Shown: one piece after another, positions 1 to 8,174 of the stretch
Position numbering within the stretch: position 1 is the stretch's first letter
Layout: the number at the start of each line of letters is the position of its first letter
Assembly (NCBI GenBank): GCA_002327925.1
Contig: DCVA01000003.1
Span: 5,809-69,808 of the forward strand
Direction: 5' to 3'
DNA length: 64,000 bases
Source: Anaerolineales bacterium UBA2200
GTDB lineage: Bacteria > Chloroflexota > Anaerolineae > UBA2200
Program-made: the position numbers and the translations under genes
Notes under the pieces: model-generated
Database searches by the model: none
What the model was told of the DNA's origin: nothing
Seen by the model: the letters and a program-made list of their open reading frames with translations, nothing else

Positions 1-512
1 GTGCCAGGTCCGAGGCGGGTCCCAAGCGCCGATTGCTCGAGGACACGGTCAGCTTCCTGGAATGGGTGCTTTCCGCCTATCCCAACTTGAGCCTGGGCAT
101 CGAGAACTCGTGCCCTCAGGCCGGTGTGCACAAGATTGGAGAGGAGAACTCTGACCTGACGCGAGTGCTCGAACAGCTGGTGCATCCCAGACTGGGCATC
201 TGCTGGGACATCGGGCACCAGGTCAAGGCAGGACGACTGGAGCTGCCACCCATGGGGTGGTTGGGTCAGGTCAGGCACGTTCACATCCACGACCTGGACA
301 CGACCGGCCAGGATCACGTGCCGTTTCTCTTTGGCCGCGTCGATCCAGAGTACTGGCTGCCGCCACTGGCGCGGGCACGGTTCGGCGGCATTGTCACGGT
401 AGAGCTGAACGGCCAGCGCTGCTCGTTTCTCTGGCCGGACAGAATCGTTCCGGCCCTGATAGCCAGCGTCGAGCTGGTCGCACACGCGCTCAAGGGAGAC
501 GATCGGACGTAG
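1..512 (+). CDS. sugar phosphate isomerase/epimerase (xylose-isomerase-like TIM barrel), C-terminal part; 5' end lies outside the window
   Basis: The ORF frame is open to the window start. The translation (…HIHDLDTTGQDHVPF…GIVTVELNG) resembles AP-endonuclease 2/xylose isomerase-like TIM barrel proteins. Confidence 0.55.
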   Translation, partial: ARSEAGPKRRLLEDTVSFLEWVLSAYPNLSLGIENSCPQAGVHKIGEENSDLTRVLEQLVHPRLGICWDIGHQVKAGRLELPPMGWLGQVRHVHIHDLDTTGQDHVPFLFGRVDPEYWLPPLARARFGGIVTVELNGQRCSFLWPDRIVPALIASVELVAHALKGDDRT

Positions 513-542
513 CCCTGGAGTCGAGAGCGGAACGGGAGAGGC

Positions 543-1490
543 GTGATGACCAATGGCGTGATCGTGGAACAGAACCCGGGAGTTCACAGAAGCAGCTGGT
601 GGCGCAGGTGGGGCGAGGAGACAGTCGTTGCTTACCTCTTCCTTGCCCCGAGCATGATCATCCTCCTGGCCTTTGCCTTCTTTCCAGTGGTCTTCTCCAT
701 CGCGGCCAGCTTCACGCGCTGGAATCTGCCTTACCGTCCTGTCTGGACCGGCCTGACCAACTACCTGTACCTGTTCACAAACGAGGTCGGATGGCCCGCA
801 TTTCGGCAGGCCATCACCAATACCGTCTATTTCACCCTCGGCTCCGTTCCTCTGAACATGGCCATTTCGCTTCTCCTAGCACTCCTGCTAAACCAGAAGC
901 TGAAGGGCGTGGGGCTGTTCCGCACAGCCTATTTCCTGCCGACGATCACCTCCACGGTGGCCATGTCGGTGGTCTGGATGTGGCTCTACCATCCCTCAAA
1001 CTATGGGCTGTTCAACTCCGTTCTGCTAAAGATAGGGCTGCCGACCGAGCGTTGGCTTCGCGACCCCCTGCTGGCCATGCCCTCGCTCATTCTGATGGGC
1101 ATCTGGCACGGCATGGGCTACAACATCATCATCTTTCTGGCGGGCCTGCAGAACGTACCCGTTCAGCTCTATGAGGCGGCACGAATCGACGGCGCCGGCA
1201 CATGGGCCCAGTTCCGCAAGATCACCTGGCCGCTGATCAGCCCCACAACCTTTTATGTTCTGGTCATCGGGGTGATCAACGCAATGCAGGCCTTTGCCCA
1301 GATGCACGTCATGACCCAGGGGGGACCGCTGGGCAGAACGACCACCATCGTGTACATGCTGTACCACGAGGCCTTTGAGAGCTTTGCCATGGGCCGGGCG
1401 TCGGCCCTGGCGTGTTTCCTCTTCGTGATCCTGCTGGTACTGACACTGATCCAGTTCCGCCTTGCCGGATCGCAGGTGCACTATGAATAA
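543..1490 (+). CDS. carbohydrate ABC transporter permease (MalF/UgpA-type)
   Basis: 315 aa with six predicted TM segments. Typical sugar-permease N-terminus (ILLAFAFFPVVFSIAASFTRWNL) and an EAA-like loop (YEAARIDGAGTW). Confidence 0.85.
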   Translation: MMTNGVIVEQNPGVHRSSWWRRWGEETVVAYLFLAPSMIILLAFAFFPVVFSIAASFTRWNLPYRPVWTGLTNYLYLFTNEVGWPAFRQAITNTVYFTLGSVPLNMAISLLLALLLNQKLKGVGLFRTAYFLPTITSTVAMSVVWMWLYHPSNYGLFNSVLLKIGLPTERWLRDPLLAMPSLILMGIWHGMGYNIIIFLAGLQNVPVQLYEAARIDGAGTWAQFRKITWPLISPTTFYVLVIGVINAMQAFAQMHVMTQGGPLGRTTTIVYMLYHEAFESFAMGRASALACFLFVILLVLTLIQFRLAGSQVHYE

Positions 1491-2412
1491 TCACCCGCCC
1501 GGACGGACCCCCGCGGGGGAGGGCGATGCCAAAATGACCACGAAGCCGACCACCGGATCCGTGCCCTTGTGGCAGTCGCAGCGCGTACGCAAGGGCTTGG
1601 TCGCCGTGCTGTGGTACGCCTTGCTTTCTGTGACCGCCCTGGCAGTGATGCTGCCGTTCATCTGGATGATTTCCACTTCCCTGAAAGGTCCCAAGGAGGT
1701 CTTTACCTACCCGCCCAGCTGGATCCCAAGCGCATGGCGCTGGCAGAACTATATCGATGCCTGGGAGGGAGCGAAATTCGGACGCTACTTTCTAAACAGT
1801 GTCTTTGTGGCTCTGGCGGTAACACTGGGACAGGTAATCACCTGCTCGATGGCGGCCTATGCCTTTGCCCGCATGAACTTTAGGGGCAAGAACCTCGTAT
1901 TTGCCCTCTACCTCAGCACGACCATGATTTCGACCCAGGTTACCCTGGTACCCTCCTATCTGGTGATGAAGTGGCTTGGATGGATGGACAGCTACAAGGC
2001 ACTGATCGTGCCTTTCCTCACTAGCCCCTTCGCCATCTTTATGATGCGGCAGGCCTTTATGACCATGCCGCGAGAACTGGAGGAAGCGGCGCGGCTTGAC
2101 GGGTGCGGGCGGGTCCGCTTTCTGGTCCAGATCCTGCTGCCGCTCAGCAAGCCGGTCATCGCCTCCCAGGCGCTATTCGCCTTCATGGGCAACTGGAACA
2201 GTTACCTGTGGCCCCTGATCATCACCACCAGGCAGGATCTGCGCACTTTGCAGATCGGGCTGCGCTATTTCGTCAGCCAGGAAGGAGGCACACAGTGGGG
2301 TCTCTTCATGGCGGCCGCTGTGCTCGTTTCGCTGCCGGTGATTGTTATCTACTTTGTGGTGCAAAAGTCATTCGTGGAAGGCATCGCCACAACCGGTCTC
2401 AAGGGAACCTAG
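1483..2412 (+). CDS. carbohydrate ABC transporter permease (MalG/UgpE-type)
   Basis: Multi-TM protein with the EAA loop (LEEAARLDGCGRVRF). Its ATG overlaps the stop of the upstream permease (ATGAATAA), suggesting translational coupling. An alternative start is at 1534. Confidence 0.85.
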   Translation: MNNHPPGRTPAGEGDAKMTTKPTTGSVPLWQSQRVRKGLVAVLWYALLSVTALAVMLPFIWMISTSLKGPKEVFTYPPSWIPSAWRWQNYIDAWEGAKFGRYFLNSVFVALAVTLGQVITCSMAAYAFARMNFRGKNLVFALYLSTTMISTQVTLVPSYLVMKWLGWMDSYKALIVPFLTSPFAIFMMRQAFMTMPRELEEAARLDGCGRVRFLVQILLPLSKPVIASQALFAFMGNWNSYLWPLIITTRQDLRTLQIGLRYFVSQEGGTQWGLFMAAAVLVSLPVIVIYFVVQKSFVEGIATTGLKGT

Positions 2413-2466
2413 TGAGCCGGCGCGGGGCATCCTGAGCCCCTGCCCCCAATACAACCTGCCAGAGGC

Positions 2467-2497
2467 TTGACCGCGTCGGAGACTGGCTGGTCATACT
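2467..2497 (+). promoter_or_regulatory. possible internal sigma70-like promoter (TTGACC, 18-19 nt spacer, CATACT) ahead of the binding-protein gene
   Basis: Seen in sequence. The -10 element is imperfect. It is followed by a strong RBS (AAGAAGGAGG) before ATG 2520. Confidence 0.25.
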
Positions 2498-2519
2498 TCC
2501 AAAGAAGAAGGAGGACGAG

Positions 2520-3938
2520 ATGCGAGTGAGTAGGACACACGGATTCCGCCAGACCTCTGGCGCGGTGATCGTGGTCTGGGTTGTCGTGGCACTGCTTGCG
2601 GCGGCCTGCGGCGGGCCGGCGGAGCCCACGCCAACCACCGCCCCACCTGCACAGGTCCAGCCAACCGTCGCAGCTTCCACCCAGGCCCAGCCCACGCAGG
2701 CGCCGACTGGGGTGCCTGCGGCGACCAGTGCTCCCGCCGTCAAGCCGGACCATGTAACGCTGGACTTCTGGTACTCGCTGGGCGGGAACAGCGGCCAGGT
2801 GGTGGAGGAGCTCGTCAAGCTGTTCAACGAGAGCCAATCCTACATCACCGTCGTGCCCACCTACCAGGGCGGTTATGCAGAGATCATGGCCAAGACCTGG
2901 AATGCCATCTTTGCCGAGCAAACGCTGCCACAGGTAGCACAGCTCGGAGGCGCCCCTCTGGTCGGCGCTACTGGAGCGTGCGTGCCCATCACCGACTTTA
3001 CCGATGGGCCCAACGGTATCGACCGCAGCAAGATCTATGATGCCTTCTGGGACTATAACAAGGCGGAGGGAACCATCTGGTGCATGCCCTTCAACAACAG
3101 CATGCCCGTGTTGTATTACAACAAGGACCTCTTTGCCAAGGCGGGGCTGCCAACCGAGCAGGGGCCAGAGACCTGGGACGACGTCATCTCCTACGGCCAG
3201 GAATTGACCAGAGGCGACCAGTGGGGTTTCAACACGCACGACGACACGCACTGGTATCTGAGCACCATGATCCTGGAGAACGGGGGGCAGATCATCAACC
3301 AGGAGGAGACAGAGTGTCTGTACAACAGCCCCGAAGCCGTGGAGATGCTGCAGCTCTGGGGCGACATGGTGAACGACTACGAGATCATGCCTCCGGCGCA
3401 GCACAAGGAAGCGGGAACGGACTTTCTGGCGGGCGTTCTCGGCATGTTCTTCCGCTCCAGTTCCACTCTGCCCAGCCTGGTGCGTGACGCACCGTTTGAG
3501 CTGGGTGTGGGGATGGTACCCGCTGTAGAGGGCAAGGACCGCGTCGCCCCCATCGGCGGCGGAAGCCTGGTGATCTTTAAGAACAGCAACCCTTACATCC
3601 TGGAGGCAGCCTGGGAGTTCGTCAAATTCATGACCAGTGAGGCCAGCTCCCTCTACCTGTCAACGCACACGGGCTACCTGCCCCTCTACAAGAGTTCGTT
3701 GGAGTGGCCCGAAATGCAGGCCTACCTGGAGCAGAACCCCCTCGTCCGCGCACCTCTGGAGCAGCTCCAGTACGCTTACGCCATTCCGGTCTTTCCGTCG
3801 CTGGGAACAAGCGACAGCGCACTGCGTCAGGCGGTCGAGGCCGTGGAACTGGGCGCCAGCGATCCGCAGGCCGCCCTCGACCAGGCCAAGAAGATAGTGG
3901 ACCAGGACCTGATTACTCAGGCCCAGAACAAGCAGTAG
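2520..3938 (+). CDS. ABC transporter substrate-binding protein (extracellular solute-binding family 1), lipoprotein
   Basis: Signal peptide with lipobox (LLAAACGG) followed by a Pro/Thr/Ala linker. 472 aa with sugar-SBP-like composition. Lies downstream of the two permeases. Confidence 0.85.
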   Translation: MRVSRTHGFRQTSGAVIVVWVVVALLAAACGGPAEPTPTTAPPAQVQPTVAASTQAQPTQAPTGVPAATSAPAVKPDHVTLDFWYSLGGNSGQVVEELVKLFNESQSYITVVPTYQGGYAEIMAKTWNAIFAEQTLPQVAQLGGAPLVGATGACVPITDFTDGPNGIDRSKIYDAFWDYNKAEGTIWCMPFNNSMPVLYYNKDLFAKAGLPTEQGPETWDDVISYGQELTRGDQWGFNTHDDTHWYLSTMILENGGQIINQEETECLYNSPEAVEMLQLWGDMVNDYEIMPPAQHKEAGTDFLAGVLGMFFRSSSTLPSLVRDAPFELGVGMVPAVEGKDRVAPIGGGSLVIFKNSNPYILEAAWEFVKFMTSEASSLYLSTHTGYLPLYKSSLEWPEMQAYLEQNPLVRAPLEQLQYAYAIPVFPSLGTSDSALRQAVEAVELGASDPQAALDQAKKIVDQDLITQAQNKQ

Positions 3939-3965
3939 ACCAATCCAATCGAAGGAGAAGGAAGA

Positions 3966-5858
3966 ATGAAAGGGAGATTGCTCGTACTCTCGCTGGTTAT
4001 CGTTCTATCGCTCATCGTGTCGTGTGCCCAACCCACGCCGACACCCACGCCGACGCCCGTGCCCACGGCGACGCCTCGGCCGACGAACACCCCCGTGCCG
4101 ACTCCCACGCCGCTGCGCATCGAAAAGCCCACCGGCAACATCCTGTTCACCATTACCGGCGATATCACCCAGCCCAACGTGGACAATTCGGTGCAGGTCG
4201 ACGAGGCCGGCCTCGCCCCTTACGTCAAGGAATACACGATCGACGACCCCTGGGCGGGAAAGGGCATGAAGTACAACGGCGTGCTGCTCTCGAAGCTCTG
4301 GGAGCTTGCCGGCGCCGGGACAACGGCCAACGGTGTGACCCTGACTGCAACCGACGGAATGCGCCTGCGCATACCCAAGGAAGACCTGATGCAGTGGCCG
4401 ATCATTATTGTCACCCAGTTGGCCGGCAAGGCGCTGGTGGCGGAGCAGGGTGGCCCGGCGAAGCTGGCCTTCCCGGCGGAGGCGGCAGGAACCTATACCC
4501 AGGACGTCTGGATGTGGTATGTCAAGACAATCGAGATCGGAGTGCTTCCCACGGCCCTTGCCGCTCCAGTTGGGAATCCGCTGTTCACCGTGACCGGGAC
4601 GCTTGACCTGCCCAATGTGGAAAAGACCTGCGTGATTGATAAGGCCAACATCGCCTCCTACATCAAGGAATACACCCTCGACGACCCGTGGGCAGGCAAG
4701 GGTATGAAGTACGGAGGCGTACTCCTTTCCGAGATCTGGAAGCTGTGCGGCGGCACGGAGCAGTCCACCGACGCGATCCTCACAGCCAAAGACGGCTTTA
4801 CTGTGTACGTCGCCAAGGCGGATCTCGACAAGTGGCCCATTCTGGTTGCCCTGCAACTGGGAGGGCGGGACCTGGTAGACGAGCAGGGTGGCCCTGCCAA
4901 GCTGGCCTTCCCGGCAGAGGCAGGAGGAACGTACACAGACGCTCAGTGGATGTGGTACATCCAGACCATTCAGCTCGGCAAGCGCCCCAAGCCTTTGGCC
5001 GCTCCCAAGGGGGATGTTCTGCTAACGGTCAACGGAATGGTGGACCTGGCCAATGTGGACGGGACCTGCCAGCTAGACGCAGCCAACATCAAGAAGTACC
5101 TGAAGGAATTCACCCTGGATGACCCCTGGGCAGGCAAAGGCCAGCAGTACAGTGGCATCCTGCTCTCCGAAATCTGGAAGCGCTGCGGTGCCAACTATCA
5201 GGCCACGACCGCGATCCTTGTGGCAGAGGACGGGTACCAGGTCAACATCAGCAAGGACGACCTGCAGAAATGGCCGATCCTGATCGCCACACAACTGGCA
5301 GGCAAGGACCTGGTGAAAGAGCAGGGGGGGCCGGCCAAGCTGGTATTCCCTGCCGAGGCGGGCGAGAAGTATGACCAGGACCAGTGGATGTGGTACGTCA
5401 AGACGGTCACCTTCGCCAAGCCATCGAAGGCCCTGGCAGCTCCCACAGGCACGCCGCTGTTCACGGTCAAGGGCAAGGTAATGCAGCCCAATTCGGGGAA
5501 AGATTGCGTCGTGGATGCCGCAAACATCTCCAAGTACATCAAGGAGTACACCATCGACGACCCGTGGGCCGGCGACGGTCAGAAGTACAACGGAATCCTG
5601 CTCTCAGACCTGTGGAAGCGTTGTGGCGCGGCAGAGGCGGCCACAGCGGCCATTCTCACTGCCAGCGATGGCATGAAGGTCACCGTAGCCAAGGAAGACC
5701 TCCTCAAATGGCCGATCGTCATCGTGACACAGCTCGAGGGAAAGGATCTCTCAGACAAGCAGGGCGGCCCGGCCAAGCTGGCCTTCCCTGCCGAGGCGGC
5801 CGAGAAGTATCCCAAAGAAAACTGGATGTGGTACATCAAGACCATCCAGTTCGAGTAG
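3966..5858 (+). CDS. lipoprotein with four tandem ~146-aa domains of unknown function (possibly sulfite-oxidase/Mo-co-domain-like fold)
   Basis: Lipoprotein signal (SLIVSC) then a PTPTPTP linker, then four repeats. Each repeat carries TVxG…C…DDPWAGKG…LLS…WK.CG…DG…KWPI…QL.GK.L…EQGGPAKLAFPAEA…WMWY.KTI. Last gene of the ABC transporter operon. Confidence 0.8.
   Translation: MKGRLLVLSLVIVLSLIVSCAQPTPTPTPTPVPTATPRPTNTPVPTPTPLRIEKPTGNILFTITGDITQPNVDNSVQVDEAGLAPYVKEYTIDDPWAGKGMKYNGVLLSKLWELAGAGTTANGVTLTATDGMRLRIPKEDLMQWPIIIVTQLAGKALVAEQGGPAKLAFPAEAAGTYTQDVWMWYVKTIEIGVLPTALAAPVGNPLFTVTGTLDLPNVEKTCVIDKANIASYIKEYTLDDPWAGKGMKYGGVLLSEIWKLCGGTEQSTDAILTAKDGFTVYVAKADLDKWPILVALQLGGRDLVDEQGGPAKLAFPAEAGGTYTDAQWMWYIQTIQLGKRPKPLAAPKGDVLLTVNGMVDLANVDGTCQLDAANIKKYLKEFTLDDPWAGKGQQYSGILLSEIWKRCGANYQATTAILVAEDGYQVNISKDDLQKWPILIATQLAGKDLVKEQGGPAKLVFPAEAGEKYDQDQWMWYVKTVTFAKPSKALAAPTGTPLFTVKGKVMQPNSGKDCVVDAANISKYIKEYTIDDPWAGDGQKYNGILLSDLWKRCGAAEAATAAILTASDGMKVTVAKEDLLKWPIVIVTQLEGKDLSDKQGGPAKLAFPAEAAEKYPKENWMWYIKTIQFE
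4134..5855 (+). repeat. four tandem ~438-bp coding repeats inside the lipoprotein gene (units start near 4134, 4571, 5010 and 5447)
   Basis: Protein-level periodicity of ~146 aa with conserved motif blocks. The DNA units have diverged but are colinear. Confidence 0.75.
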
Positions 5859-5903
5859 GTTACGGGTTAGGCTGACCGTGCCGGGCCTGAATCTCTAGTC
5901 CGG

Positions 5904-5945
5904 AGAGTCCGGGGGCGATCGATCGCCCCCGGACTCTGTTCTTTC
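5904..5945 (+). terminator. 34-bp perfect palindrome (AGAGTCCGGGGGCGATC|GATCGCCCCCGGACTCT) followed by a T-rich tract; candidate intrinsic terminator of the ABC operon
   Basis: Seen in sequence, 46 nt after the lipoprotein stop. The GC-rich stem is followed by GTTCTTTCCC. Confidence 0.5.
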
Positions 5946-5972
5946 CCTCGCCACGACAGAGGCCGGCGACGG

Positions 5973-6000
5973 TTGACAAGCGATTCCGCAATGCTATAAT
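5973..6000 (+). promoter_or_regulatory. consensus sigma70 promoter TTGACA-N16-TATAAT upstream of alaX-L
   Basis: Both hexamers are perfect, which is unusual in ~65% GC DNA. The RBS AGGAAAGA precedes ATG 6047. Confidence 0.5.
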
Positions 6001-6046
6001 TCGTCCCGTTCGGTCCCAGTAGTCACTTTCGCCACACCAGGAAAGA

Positions 6047-7240
6047 ATGACCAAACGTCTCTACTACCAGGATTCTTACTGCCGCGAGTTCGATGCTTCC
6101 GTGGTCCGTTCGGTCGAGGGCAGCGCCGGAACCACAGGACTGATCCTCGATTGCACGAGCTTTTACCCAACCTCGGGCGGGCAGCCCCACGACCTCGGCA
6201 CGCTGGGCGGCGCGGTGGTCCTCGATGTGACCGAGCACGATGGCGAGGTGGTCCACTGGGTGGCGCGAGCTCCCGCGGCCCAGGCCGTGCACGGACAGAT
6301 CGACTGGCAGCGCCGCTTCGATTACATGCAGCAGCATACGGGCCAGCATATCCTCTCGCAGGCATTCCTCGAGCTGCTGAACGCCCGGACCGTCTCCTTT
6401 CACCTGGGCCAGGAGGCATGCACGATCGACCTCGACCGGGTGATCCTCGATCCGGCCGCCCTCGAGCGAGTGGAGGACCGGGCGAACCAGATCATCTTCG
6501 AGGATCGTGCCGTCACGGCAAGGATCGTGGATCCCGAGGATGTGCCTACATTGGGGCTACGAAAGGCGCCAACCGTCAGCAGCAACATCCGCATCATTGA
6601 GGTAGAGGGATTTGACCGCTCGCCCTGCGGCGGAACGCACTGCGCGCGGAGCGGCGAGGTGGGAACCATCGCCCTGCGCAAAGTGGAACGCCGCGGGGAG
6701 GAAACTCGCGTCGAATTCGTTTGCGGCTGGCGTGCCCTGCACGACCATCGCTGGAAGACCAGCACCATCAACGAGCTGGGGTTGGGCTTTAGTGTGAAGG
6801 ACCGCGAAGTCGGCGCCGCGGTACAGCGCCTGATCACGGATGCGACGGAGAATCGTCGTGACCTGCAGCAACTTCGCTCTGAGATGCTGCCTGCCGAGGC
6901 GCAGCGGCTTCTGGCCTCAGCCAGACCCTGGCGCGAGATGAGAGTGGTCGTGCAGTCCTTCGCGGAGCGCGAGGTACAGGAGCTGCGAAGACTGGCCACC
7001 CTTCTTACATCGGCTTCCGGCGTCATTGCCCTCCTTGGCACGAACGGACAGCAGGGCAGGCTGGTGTTTGTTCGCAGCAGGGATGTCGCCGCGGATATGG
7101 CGGCCCTGCTGAGCAAAACGTGCCAGAGTCTGGGGGGCAAAGGGGGCGGCCAGTCCGATCAGGCTCAGGGCGGCGGCTTTCCGGGAGAGAGAGTGGCCGA
7201 AGCCCTGGAGCTGGCCTACCGCACTCTGACCGAGCAATGA
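6047..7240 (+). CDS. alaX: alanyl-tRNA editing protein AlaX-L (AlaRS editing-domain homolog)
   Basis: Carries the editing-domain zinc motifs HTGQH and CGGTHC, with 397 aa typical of AlaX-L. Confidence 0.85.
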   Translation: MTKRLYYQDSYCREFDASVVRSVEGSAGTTGLILDCTSFYPTSGGQPHDLGTLGGAVVLDVTEHDGEVVHWVARAPAAQAVHGQIDWQRRFDYMQQHTGQHILSQAFLELLNARTVSFHLGQEACTIDLDRVILDPAALERVEDRANQIIFEDRAVTARIVDPEDVPTLGLRKAPTVSSNIRIIEVEGFDRSPCGGTHCARSGEVGTIALRKVERRGEETRVEFVCGWRALHDHRWKTSTINELGLGFSVKDREVGAAVQRLITDATENRRDLQQLRSEMLPAEAQRLLASARPWREMRVVVQSFAEREVQELRRLATLLTSASGVIALLGTNGQQGRLVFVRSRDVAADMAALLSKTCQSLGGKGGGQSDQAQGGGFPGERVAEALELAYRTLTEQ

Positions 7241-8118
7241 GGGGGCAGTCAATGCGTGAGATCGCTGCGGGAGTCTACTGCGAGACCAGCTATTGTTCCG
7301 GAAACGTGGGGTACGCCGTTACCGAAGACGGTGCCGTACTGGTAGATTCCCCCATGATGCCGAAGGACGCCTGGGACTGGCTGCGCAAGATCACCTCTAC
7401 CACCAAGAAGGGGATTGCCCTGCTGATCAACACCGACTACCAAGTCGAGCGCATCCTGGGCAACTGCTTCTTCCCGGCCTCGACCACCATCGGGCACCAG
7501 TTCACCTGGTCCGAGCTGCAACGCTACGATGAGGCGTACCTGCAGCGCCACATCAGCCACATGAGGGACTGCGACGCTCAGACTGCGGCCAACCTCAGCA
7601 AGACGCGCATTGTTCCGCCCGAGCTCACACTCACTTCCGACCTGACAGTGCACAAGGGCGGCCGCACCTTCCGGCTGATCTTTGCCGGAGGACACAGCCC
7701 GGCCAATATCATGGTCCACCTGCCGCATGAGCGAATCCTCTTCTCCGGCGATGTGGTTGTGAACGGTGAGCACCCCTGCCTGGCACAGGCCAACAGCATG
7801 CGTTGGCTGCACACGCTGGAGACCATTCGCAGGCTGAATGACCTGGATCTGGTGGTGCCAGGCAGAGGCGAACCCTGCAATCCGATGGCAACCGAGATGC
7901 TCTCGGACTATATCCAGAAGCTGCGCGAGCGCGTCCACGAGTGCTTCTCCGAGGGCTGCACGCGCCGCGAGTCGGTGGATCGGGTCCGAATGCTCGACTT
8001 CTACCCTGCACCGGCCAGCAGGCGTGAGGAGATCGAACGGCGGGTCCGTGCCAGCGTAGAGCGCGTATACGACGAGTTCAAGAAGGAAAACGAGAAGAAG
8101 CACCACCTGGACGGCTGA
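7237..8118 (+). CDS. MBL-fold metallo-hydrolase family protein (first His motif partly degenerate)
   Basis: Beta-lactamase-like fold signatures (…LINTDYQVE…, AGGHSPANIMVHLPHERILFSGD). The ATG overlaps the alaX stop (ATGA). An alternative start is at 7252. Confidence 0.6.
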   Translation: MRGQSMREIAAGVYCETSYCSGNVGYAVTEDGAVLVDSPMMPKDAWDWLRKITSTTKKGIALLINTDYQVERILGNCFFPASTTIGHQFTWSELQRYDEAYLQRHISHMRDCDAQTAANLSKTRIVPPELTLTSDLTVHKGGRTFRLIFAGGHSPANIMVHLPHERILFSGDVVVNGEHPCLAQANSMRWLHTLETIRRLNDLDLVVPGRGEPCNPMATEMLSDYIQKLRERVHECFSEGCTRRESVDRVRMLDFYPAPASRREEIERRVRASVERVYDEFKKENEKKHHLDG

Positions 8119-8174
8119 TTCCGCGGTGTGCCGTCCAGAGGATTCCCGCGGCCGGGCGCACACAGGAGCTGTCC

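Noticed and set aside
257-1174. 305-aa plus-strand ORF, Arg/Pro-rich, overlapping the sugar phosphate isomerase end and the first permease
   Set aside because: Alternate frame of real genes. The Arg-rich, low-complexity composition is typical of out-of-frame high-GC sequence, and it has no RBS.
4020-4110. Short tandem DNA repeats (ACGCCGACACCCACGCCGACGCCC…) considered as a CRISPR-like or VNTR element
   Set aside because: They encode the PTPTPTPV linker of the lipoprotein. They are in frame and there are no spacers.
3704-4606. 300-aa ORF overlapping the end of the binding-protein gene and the start of the lipoprotein
   Set aside because: A shadow frame in which the Arg, Gly and Pro content is extreme. 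The overlapped genes are well supported.
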